A DNA stretch of 64,000 bases from the NCBI GenBank assembly GCA_964016885.1, contig OZ024742.1:294934001-294998000 (forward strand), in the 5' to 3' direction. The notes beneath the pieces are model-generated. The model searched no databases. It had not been told where the DNA came from and saw only the letters and a list, made by a program, of their open reading frames with translations. This stretch comes from Eledone cirrhosa (lineage: Eukaryota). Shown in pieces: positions 53,111 to 64,000 of this stretch; the stretch's first letter is position 1; each line of letters opens with the position of its first letter. Both the position numbers and the translations under genes were made by a program.

Positions 53111-54169
53111 CATTTAAGGGTTCATGTTAGAACGTTATGACATGTTAGTACAAGAACATACAGGTGTATTGTGATCAAAATCACAATACACCTGTATATT
53201 CTTGTACTACCGTGTCATCACTAATTTCTTCAGATTCCTTTTTAGTTGTTTTGTATATTTTTACTAATGTCTAATGTATTTCATAAAATACATAAATATG
53301 TTCTATTGACATATTTGAATGTGTTTACCAATGAGTGGTTTAGCAGTCAACAATAGGTTATAAATGCCTGGCAATACATGCTGAAAGCAACTACAAAAAA
53401 AAGTTTGTTTAGAATGAGAGAAATATAGTTAACAGAAAGTTAGAATTTAATATTATTATAATTAACTTTAGTATAACTGCTTCTAAATTAGATAAAAGAA
53501 TAAATACTAATGAAAGTAAATTTGGCAACTTCCTTCTAATAACTTTTGAAGTATGCCAATACACTGCAGTGTTACTGCAGGTGATAGTGTGGCTAAAGTG
53601 CTGGAACACCCAAGCATCCTCACGGGCATCTCCTCATACTTTATTAAGGTGAACTGCTAGCTTTGCCAATCAACAATGGAAACAGTTTCCTAGGTCTGAT
53701 CTAATTATTGTCTTTTTCCCTTTAATGGGGTAAATTTATAGTTGATCTTAAAAAGATTTCATAAGGGAGACAGGATAGCCTAGTCTATTTCATCATGACT
53801 GTGGCAAACTCTACTTGCATCACTAAAACTTAGCCAATGAGGAAACAGTTAAAGTACTCAATAACTCTCAAAATGCTGGGTCATAGAATCTCATAGCATT
53901 ACCTTCAAACAAGACACTCATTCCTGTGCTAGTCCTTGTCTTTGCCAAGCTTTTCAATTGCTGTCCTCTCTAGAGATATATCCTAACCTTTGTAAATATG
54001 CTACAGTGTGTCTCATTCCCAGGTAAAACAAACACTGATTGTTTATTACATCTACTTTCAACATCTTAAACATGATGGAGACAATAATTAGCAACATCTT
54101 TCTTGGTCCTAAAGGATCTCTTGCTGACCCACATTCTATCACAGAATTTCTCAAATGGAAAGCATGTCA

Positions 54170-55940
54170 AGTGTGTTTTTGAAAAGATAAGAGTATGAGT
54201 TCAAACTCAGCAATGAGAAGTTCAAATTTTTCTTGCCTAGAATAAAGTACCTAGGACAAATCCTCATAGATTATAATGTTGGGACACCATTTTATTAAAT
54301 TAAGATTTTAAGATGGAGTATCTACCATCCAAACAATTAGGACATGTTGATGGTGTATCAAGATTGATACCTAAAAAAAGTGAACCATTTGAAGATACAA
54401 TGATGGCGGCATTAAGAGCTGAAAAGGAAATAAAAAATATATTGTGTAACATATGGGAATTGCCTGTTACCTTAGAAGAAATAAAATTTAAAGTGGAAGA
54501 TGTTTATATTACAATAAATAAAATATTACTGATGCAGAACGAGGTATCTAGGTTACATGCCTACAAGCACATATACACGCAACTGAGATCCAAACTCGTA
54601 CTCAATTTGTGACAATGTACTGATATATGCACAAAGAGTAGTAATACCAGTCACACTACAAAAGCAAATATTAAAATTTCACATTAGTCATCCTGCAGAG
54701 GTTGTGCTCTGGCAGCTAAATTGCCCATCACAGAATTTCAACCTTGGCCAAAGAGAGATATTCCATGGTACAGACTACATATAGATTTTACAGGTCCACT
54801 AAACAGACCACATTATCTTGTAGTGGTAGAGGGCGGTCAATTGGCAGTATCGGTAGAGGGTCGGACGCCATGTTTGCAGCATAGAGTTACGGCCCTTTAT
54901 GATCTGAGTTCAAATCCCGCCGAGATTAACTTTGCCTTTCATCTTTACAGGGTCGATAAAATAAAGTACCAGTCACGCACTGGGGTTGATTCAATCGACT
55001 TTCCCCTCCCCCAAAACTTGCTGGCCTTGTGCCTATATAAGAAACCATTATCTTTGTAGTGGTAGATAGCTTTACTAAGTGGCCTGAAATTTGTAAGTGT
55101 AAAAAACCAACCTCCTTGGTTACAGTAAGTATTTTACATGAATTGTTTGCAAGATATGGTATTCCTGATACCATAGTTTCTGATAATGGGACACAATTCA
55201 CTGCATATGAATTAAAAACATTTTGTAAAATGTTCTCTACTGAACATGTTACCACTCTGCCATATCATCCAAGGTCAAATGGACAAGTGGAACATTTTGT
55301 GAATACATTTAAGAGGGCCTTAAAGAAAGCAAACAATAAAATAGTAGATGATTTAATACTTCAACAATTCTTTAGAGTATACTGTGTAATGCCTAATCCT
55401 AATACCCCTGTAGATATGGCACCTGTGGAATTGATGTTCACAAGGAAAATTAAGTCAGTGTTTGAAAAATGTTTACTGGGTCGAAAAAGAAAAATATCAG
55501 ATAACAAAAAGAAACATGGCAACATTTTTTTTAATTGGCGACAAAGTGTTTTTTAGAATGTATAAAAATGGTAAAGTAATCTGGGAAGACTGAATGACAA
55601 GTAAACAAATTTGGAAAAAGATCACAAATGGGAACATAACAGACATAAAAAAGTTTTTAAAAAGGTTTACTGAAGAAAGGGTCACGAGAAATGAAGAAGC
55701 AATGGAAGTGTTATATGATATTTTTGATGTGCCAACCCCCAAAGAAATTGTTGAACCTACACGTATGAGTATGAGGAAAAGGACATGTATATAATTATTA
55801 GAAGTGATCCAAAACATAAAAAATATTAAGCTCCAGAATAAATTTACTTCTCAAAACGGGAGAGGTGAGGTGAAAACTGGAAAAAAGGAGAAAATATCCA
55901 CACTCCCGAGAAAGAGGAATCTCAAAAAGGGGGATGTAGG
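54170..55940 (+). mobile_element. Gypsy (Mag-like) LTR retrotransposon remnant: RT/RNase H fragments and integrase
   Basis: 'IKYLGQI', 'HVDGVSRL', 'PWYRLHIDFTGP..YLVVVDSFTKWPE..LFARYGIPDTIVSDNGTQF..PYHPRSNGQVE'; purine tract plus TG near 55925-55936. Confidence 0.88.
54831..55045 (+). mobile_element. SINE family B variant inserted in the integrase
   Basis: TSD cattatcttgtagtggtaga (54811) / cattatctttgtagtggtaga (55046). Confidence 0.9.
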
Positions 55941-56159
55941 AAAAAAAACACTGAACAACCTCGCATGACTAAAAGGGAACTAGGCAAAATGTCTATAAAT
56001 AATATCTGAAGTGAACTGTTATGGAAATTTCTAATAGACAGAGCAACCATGTAAAGGTCCTATTAATGTTGTTGTTACTTTATTGTTGAAGAGTATGAGG
56101 TCTATGGTTTTTCCTGAATAGAAGACTGAAACTTACTTGTCAAGTTTCTATACAATAAT

Positions 56160-56344
56160 TGTTTCTACTTTTGGCACAAGGCCAGCAATTACTCAGTACA
56201 TTACTGGTACTTTATTTTATCGACCCCGTAAGGATGAAAGGCAAAGTTAACCTCGGCGGGATTTGAACACAGACCGTAAAGGGACGTAACTATGCTGGAA
56301 AGTATGGCGTCCGACTCTCTACTGATACTGCCAATCCACCGCCC
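56160..56344 (-). mobile_element. SINE family B, full length
   Basis: Family sequence; TSD ctatacaataat on both sides. Confidence 0.9.
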
Positions 56345-56547
56345 TATACAATAATGATCACTGAAATATTATCCATATGAGGTATCTAAGTGACATGCAT
56401 ACACGAATATACACAGACACACACACACATGTATATATATATATATATATTCATATAAGCATATATATGTATATGTATATATATATATGTATATGTATAT
56501 ATATATATGTATATATATGTATATTATATATATATATATGTATATTA

Positions 56548-59500
56548 AAGACAAATTCACCTCGTGGACGAGAATGCAAGCACTCCGCCTTGTTTCGGCC
56601 CAGGATGGCTAACATAACCCACCCACCCCCCACCCCGCGCCCCACCGCTCCCACCCTCCAAACGCAATCCAAAACTTCAGAGTTGGTACCATGAATGTAG
56701 GCACCTTAAAGGGTCGCTCTAACGAGGTTGTAGAAATGCTTGAACGTAAGGAGGTCGATGTTTGCTGTATTCAAGAGACCAGGTGGAGGGGAGGGTCGGC
56801 TAGATTCATTGTGGGTAAAGAACGATGCTATAAGCTTTTCTGGGTGGGAAATGACAATGGGTTGGGTGGGGTAGGAATCATGGTAGCAGAAAAGTGGGCA
56901 GATAAGATAATAGACGTAAATAGAGTGAACGACAGAATAATTAAAATAAGACTTGTCCTCAATAGAACTACGGTGACAGTAATATCTGCGTACGCACCAC
57001 AATCCGGACTGCCCGGTGCTATAAAAGACAGATTCTACGAGACACTGATGCTCGCTACCTCCCAAATAACCGACAGTGACTATATAGTTATTGCAGGCGA
57101 CCTAAATGGTCACGTTGGACAACATTGTGACGGCTATGACGGAATCCATGGAGGCTATGGGTTTGGTACTAGAAATGAGGAAGGCTCCAGAATCCTGGAA
57201 TTCTGCGACGCAAATAACTTAACTATCTGTAACACTAACTTCAAAAAACGAGACAATCACTTGATCACCTATAGATCGGGGGAACACACAAGCCAGGTAG
57301 ATTATATCCTTACCAGAAGACGTGACAGAGTGTCTGTTGTTAACACTAAATCCCTCCCCCATGAAGAATTCACCTCCCAACATAGACTGATAATTAGCGA
57401 CCTCATAGTCAGGACGAGACGTACTAGACAGCGGAAGAGGACTATCCTCAGGAGAAAAATATGGAAGCTAAAGGACCCCATAGACAGAAATAAATTTCAA
57501 AGCATATTACTTGACGCTTTCGACAGTAAGGAAGAGCAATTAGAGTCGTATAATATAGAGGAACAGTGGGAATTCCTGAGAGCAAACCTGCTGACGGCGG
57601 CAGACGAAGTCTGTGGCTGGAGCAGGCCTGTAGGTAGGAGGAGAGTAACATGGTGGTGGAACAGTAAGGTGGAGGAGTCAATTAAGGCCAAAAAGCAGGC
57701 TTGGAAAGCATGGCGGGATGGGGGAAGTAGAGAAGACTATCAAGTGGCCAGGAGGGAAGCTAGGAGACAAGTGTACTTCGCAAGAAGGGAAGCAGAGGAA
57801 AGAAAGTTCAAGCATGTTCTACAACGTGAGGACCAAAAACGTGAGGTGTTCAGGATTGCCAGGCAATGTGTCAAGGAAAACCGTGATATTGTCGGGGAGA
57901 AGTGTGTACTTAACGATGATGGCATACTTGCCATCACCGACACTGATAAGAAGGTAGCTTGGAAGTGTCACTACGAAAGGCTTCTAAATGAGGAGAACAA
58001 ATGGGAGAAAGACAGTCTCCACCACATCGACCCAATAGAGGGACCAGCAGTGTTAGTCCAGGGTAGTACAATAAGCAAGGCAATCAAAGATATGAAGACG
58101 GGTAAGGCGGCTGGTCCTTCGGAAATAGTTGCTGAGATGCTGAAGGCATCTGGTTCGGTGGGACACACCATGGTCACCCGGATAGTTAACCAAGTCGTAC
58201 AGAATGGGGTTGTTCCGAAGGACTGGCGTAGCAGCATCATCGTTAACTGCTATAAGGGAAAAGGAGATGCCCTAGATAGGAGTAACTATAGAGGCATTAA
58301 ATTAATCGACCAGGTCATGAAGGTCACGGAAAAAGTAATAGTGCAACTAATCAGAGAGAGAATTGATCTAGATGAAATGCAGTTCGGATTTGTGTCAGGC
58401 AAAAGTACCACAGACGCTCTTTTCATTGTACGACAACTACAGGAGAAGTACCTAGCTAAAAGTAAACCCCTATACTTAGCTTTCGTCGACTTGGAGAAAG
58501 CCTTCGACAGAGTCCCCCGTTCCATTATCTGGTGGTCTCTTAGAAAACTAGGTGTTGACGAATGGCTTGTGAGAGCTATACAAGCCATGTATAAAGAAAC
58601 AGTCAGTAAGGTTAGAATTAACAACGAATATAGTGAAGAGTTTAGCGTAAAAGTTGGTGTCCATCAGGGCTCTGTTCTTAGCCCCCTACTATTTATTATT
58701 GCCCTTCAGGCTATAACAGAGGAGTTCAAGACCGGCTGCCCATGGGAACTCCTATACGCAGATGATCTAACGCTCATAGCTGAATCAATGACCGAACTAA
58801 AGAAGAAATTCCAAACATGGAAGCACGGCCTAGAATCAAAAGGCCTTAAAATTAACCTGGCTAAGACTAAAGTTCTAGTTTGTAGGAAAGAAAATAAGGC
58901 GGCAGTCCCATCTGGGAAATGGCCATGCTCAGTGTGTAGGAAAGGCGTAGGTAGAAACTCCATTTTATGTCCCAAATGCAAAGTATAGGTGCATAAAAGA
59001 TGTAGTGGGATCACAGGTAAGCTAACTAAGAACATAGATTTTACATGTGGCCGGTGCTCTGGTGCAATAAGTAGCAGCAAGTGCCCACAAAATACTAGCT
59101 CCTTCAACTGCGCAGAGGGTTCTATAGAAATAGTGGACAGCTTCCGTTACCTGGGTGACAAAATCAGCAGTGGGGGAGGGTGCTCTGAAAGTACAGTAGC
59201 TAGAGTCAGAACTGGATGGAAAAAGTTCAGAGAGCTTATACCACTATTAGCCGCTAGAGGGTTCTCCCTAAAAATGAAAGGCAGGTTATACGATGCCTGC
59301 ATACGAACAGCAATGCTGCATGGCAGTGAGACCTGGGCATTGTGTGCAGAGGATATACGCAGACTAGAGAGGAACGAAGCTTGCATGCTCCGCTGGATGT
59401 GCAATAGTAATATACGTGAACGGCAAAGCATAAACGAACTAAGGAAAAAATTAGAAATAAGAGGGATCAGATGTTGTTTACTCGAGAGAAGGCTACGTTG

Positions 59501-60103
59501 GTACGGTCACGTGATGCGCATGAAAGACGACAGCTGTATAACAAAGTGCAGGGCAATAAAGATAGATGGTAGCCACGGAGAAAAACATGGGACGAGCTGA
59601 TAAATTCCGACCTCACCCGCTTACACCTCTCCCAGACAATGTCACTGGACCGAGACCTTTGACGGTACTCAGTAATAGAGAAGACCCGCCTTACCTAAAT
59701 ACAAAGTAAAAACCTACTACAGTCAGTAGGCATCTCTATCAAAACACCCCCCCCCCCGTCCCACCACCTCCACCCCATCCACACCGCCCCTTTCAATGTA
59801 AAGTTATGTTGATCCCACAACATCCAGGCCGAAACAAATGAGATCGTGTAGGTGTCACGACAAAAAAACACACAGTCCACGCTGTAAATGTGGCCGTGTA
59901 GGCAACACGGTAAAAACCTCCCAGCCCCACACTGTAAATGTGGTTGGTGTTAGGAAGGGCGTCCAGCTGTAGAAAACCCGCCAGACAGTCCTATGTGAGC
60001 AAGACAACCACTCTTGCCTCAAGTGGGAAAACCCCCGTCCAAACCCATGCAAACGTGGAACACGGACGCTAAACCTGATGATGATGATGATGATGATGAT
60101 GAT
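56548..60103 (+). mobile_element. Near-full-length, young RTE LINE (family C)
   Basis: APE-RT reading frame 56691-59600, 3' UTR with tandem module, (GAT)n tail. Confidence 0.95.
56691..59600 (+). pseudogene. RTE ORF (APE + RT + PHD-type finger) with a Trp-to-stop at 58986-58988 and a small deletion near 59578
   Basis: 765-aa and 203-aa ORFs abut in frame; the paralogue at 16902-17462 has W at the stop position. Confidence 0.92.
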
Positions 60104-61544
60104 GTGTTTAAACAGGTATTACCACTGTTGTATGCATGAACATTTTAAACATTCTTTTGAACTATATTGAGAGAACAAATGAAACTGAAACCCTGTGCAA
60201 CTAAAATATAGCCTGTCTACAATCACTTGTAGTTAAATGTTGACTGGAAGTTGTGCAGTTATTGAAAGATTTGAGCTAACAAACCCAGAGAGAAGGTAAG
60301 AAAATTATTATTGTTGATATTGTTACTGATGTTTCTGTTGTTGTCATTTAACCCCTACTCGTCCCTGAATGACAGATACATATGGAACAAAACAGTTCAT
60401 CTGTAAGTGCTATTTCAATCTGTTTAGTCTGTTGACTGCCGCATATATTTTATACAGCTACAGTTGCTTTGCCAGGTTTTTTTCCAGTAAAATAACTATT
60501 TTTTTAAGCAAACATTTATTAACAACACATATCTGAAGGATTCACAAACGTCACATGAATAAACTAGTAACCCCATCTAGCTTTGAAGTTATGAACTTTT
60601 GGAAACGATTTCATAACTTTGAAGTTATGAACTGTTGGAAAAGAGTTCAAACATATTAGGACGAGTTATCTTGTTCATGGCACAACATGTTAGGATGAGG
60701 TATCTCGTCTAAGGCACTGAAGAGGTTAAAGAATTATTTTATCATATGTTATATTTTCTAAGAGGGTAAGGACTGGTTTGAGGGAGATTTGGCTGCTATT
60801 TCTTACATTCAGCTGCCTTTAGTCGAGATTGCATTGATGCAAGCAACTGAACCAGATCTCCTGCAGTTGCCTTACAAGGAAGAGGGCATCTGTGGTATTT
60901 TTACCTGGCATAAATCCAAACTGTATCTCATCCCTAATCAATTATGCTATATATCTGTGACCTTCATAATCTGGTCAACCAACTTAATGCCTCTACACTT
61001 TTCTCTGTCTAGAGCAGGGTTCAGCAACTTCTTTGCCTCCACGGGCTGGATCGAGTATTAATAACAGATAGTGAGCTGGACGAAGGCCATAAAAGAATAA
61101 TTATGGAAAATTACACAAGCTAAAATTTAATCATGAGTGTTGATTATAGTTAAAAATAATTTGTATTAACCACAGATGAATGTAATAATTGTTTCTACTT
61201 TTGGCACAAGGCCATCAATTACCCAGTGCATTACTGGTACTTTATTTTATCGACCTCGTAAGGATGATGAATGTAATAATGGAAAAACATCATTTGTTCA
61301 ATTTAAGACATCGTTGGAATTATTTGTTTAAAAAATCTTAAAAATACATTGCACAATTTTTAATTGTGTTTTATCTGTCAAAGCGTACACATCCGGTTGG
61401 TGGTGGACATTAGGTAGAGTGAATCAGAAGATTTGTGGGAGAAAGTAACAGCAGGCCTTTTATTGCATTCGAAAGTCTCTTATATTACAATGAATTTAAA
61501 TTTTAAATAAACAACTCATTGGGCATAAGTTGTCACAGGCGGGA

Positions 61545-61880
61545 TCCAGGCAGTGTTGTTGAAAATGTTTTCATTAGCCGATAGTCTAGATTCTATGTGA
61601 GATAGATTTAACAACAGATTTAAAAATAGAAGGGCATGGTTAGAAAGGTAATTGATATATGTTCAGATTTTACCAGGTTTATGATAAAGTCAGTATAAAC
61701 TTGTATTGAGATCTAATGTTACATCTAGAAAATTTACAATTTTATTGTTTGGTTCAATAGTGATTGAAATACCATAATTTCTGAAGAATTTATGTAGGTG
61801 TTTCTTAAGGATTTCTATTCCACGTGTGTTGGAGTTATCTACTGTAAAAAGCGCATCATCCCTATATAAAGGCTCTGAAG
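61545..61880 (-). mobile_element. Penelope-like element RT fragment
   Basis: 'LYRDDAL...FFRNYGISITIEPNNKIVNFLDVTLDLNT..YHKP..YINYLSNH' is a PLE RT signature. Confidence 0.8.
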
Positions 61881-62254
61881 ATGATATTGACACATTTATT
61901 TATTTTCAATGGACTAATATCGATTGATATTCGATATTATAACATCAATATTCACACTTACTGTGCAATATTTGAAACAACTCGTTCGTCATTAAATATA
62001 TACATGTATTCATACATCTTTGTTGTTCTCTTCAGCATTTTAAATATGATTTTTTGCTCTGCTTATTATACGATTGTTAAACTATCTCTCTTGCCATCTA
62101 ATCGCATGGCTTGCTAGTCTAACAACCTATATGCATTGAGCATACTAACCTTCTTTATACTGGCTAGTAATCTGCATAACTAATCACCTTTCTCTCCTCT
62201 TGATTAGCTTATTTGCTTTTTACCTTGTGTATATCTATATATATATATATATTT

Positions 62255-63570
62255 AGGGCGGGTAAAATTCCCGAGATCTGTGGACAAGTTCTCTCCAGCG
62301 GTCTCTGTTCCTCTTCATTGCTGCCATGTCCTGCGTCTCCAAGAGACCCGTGTCTGTCATTAGGGCATCAACATATGTCAACCTCGGTCTCCCTCTTCCA
62401 GTGTGTCCATGCAGGGGCTCCCACAGGAGCACTTAGTGCAGTGTCAACTCTGGCTGTCGGTGAACATGTCCAGCTAACTTCAGTCTCCTCTGTGCTACTC
62501 TTGAGCTGACTTTTGGGAGGCTCCCGTACAGCTCTGAGTTCTTCATCTTCAGTGTATACTGATTAATATTCAGAGCCATCCTCAGCATTCTCGTGTAGCA
62601 CCCATCCACCATCTGAGTGAGTTTCTTGGTCAGTGTCCAAGTCTCAGATCCATCCAACAGCAACAAAGAGACGGATCTTCAGGTCTTTATAAGGTCCGAC
62701 TTCCACACCGATCTCAAACTGTGGCACGCTGCCCAGACTTTGCTCTTCCTCTTGACCACAGCATCTTCTGTATTCCCTATCTTTGCTCCCAGATACAGGA
62801 AGTTCTCAACTAATTCTAGCGGCTTCCCGCCTACATTAGTAATCTTCTCTGGCTTCTTAATATTCTCTACCAGATACTTCGTCTTAATTTCATTCATTCT
62901 CAGCTCCACACTCATCGATACAGTCTCCACCTCCTGCATCAACTCCTCTGCCTCCTTCACTGTGTTTGTCACCAGAACTATGTCATCGGCAAATTCAGCA
63001 CCTGATATCTTTTTCGCCTTAACTCTCCTGCTCTGAGCCAGTGTTACAGTAAACCCAGAATCCTGGTGTTTCTCCAGCGCAAGAGAAAGGAGTTGCCCCG
63101 AATCTGTGGAGGATCAGTAACATCATCCCAGTGCCAAAGAAGGGAGATCTCTCTAACACCAACAACTACCGGGGGATCTCACTGACATCACTTGTGGCAA
63201 AGAACCTCAACAGGATGATTCTTAACAGGATCCAGCCTGAGATGGAGAAGAAGCTCACGGACAACCAGAATCGCTTCAGAGAGGAAAGATCAACCACCAG
63301 TCACATCCTGATGTTGAGGAGGATATTAGAGGGAGCTAGAGCAAAGAGCCTTCCCACAGTCATGGTTTTCATTGACTTTAGGAAGGTCTTTGATTCTGTG
63401 GACTGTCACTGTCTGATGAAGATCTTACAGGCTTATGGAATCCCCAAGAAGATAGTGGACCTGCTCTACACCAACACCAAAGCCCAAGTCATTACACCTG
63501 ATGGGATGACGGAGTTCTTTGAGATACTGGCTGGAGTGCTCCAGGGAGATACATTGGCTCCCTACCTGTA
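62255..63570 (-). mobile_element. Distinct RTE-like LINE (no PHD insert) with an inverted 5' segment
   Basis: Minus 63083-62255: EFADD, FLYLG, GSETWTL, RRLKLAGHV. Plus 63083-63568: IIPVPKKGDL..NYRGISL..FIDFRKVFDSV..GVLQGDTLAPYL. Confidence 0.88.
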
Positions 63571-64000
63571 ATATGTCCAATAAATTCCTTTCGTCGCAAC
63601 ACGGATTCTCTTTTTTTCTGTGACATCATACTCTACTCTATGAGGGCATCAAGTGCTCATACGGCCTACCGCATACGGACGCTTTAAGTATCCAACACCA
63701 ATTATCATCATCATCATCCTCGTTTAACGTCCACTTTCCACGCTAGCATGGGTTAGCAGCTAGTATCCATATATATATATATATGTATACTAGCTGCAGT
63801 ATCAGGTAATACCCAGGAAAGGTGAGGTTATTCGCAGTTCCCCGAGTGTGCCTGAAAATGCTAGCGACCCTGGGTGCTTATACTGGATTTTCAATAGCAG
63901 CCTTTGCTAGGTGTGTTTATAGCAGATCAATTTTTTGTGTGGAACTATCAATAGCTGTTTAAATCATAAATCCCTCTTTCATCCAGCTTTCTTCATTCAG

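Overview
AT-rich animal (eukaryotic) genomic DNA, almost entirely repeats; the mix of RTE LINEs, tRNA-derived SINEs and dense (TA)n/(CAT)n microsatellites suggests a cephalopod such as octopus (inference). The only clearly intact host CDS is an intronless hnRNP A/B-like gene (47459-48286, minus strand); there is also one candidate terminal exon encoding a transmembrane helix (33847-33960). The rest comprises about a dozen RTE copies from several families (three families carry a C4HC3 PHD-type finger inserted inside the RT domain), plus CR1, CRE-like, Penelope-like, Gypsy, mariner and maT (DD37D) remnants, two SINE families, MITEs, a 40-bp satellite and a composite minisatellite. Most notable: (i) the PHD-in-RT RTE lineage; (ii) short hammerhead-ribozyme-bearing elements in (TA)n tracts that fold back at the ribozyme; (iii) many long fold-back palindromes; (iv) a twin-priming-type 5' inversion in an RTE-like element; (v) SINE target-site duplications that all begin with the SINE's own tail motif. 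Everything was read by eye; no database searches were run, and repeat boundaries are approximate.
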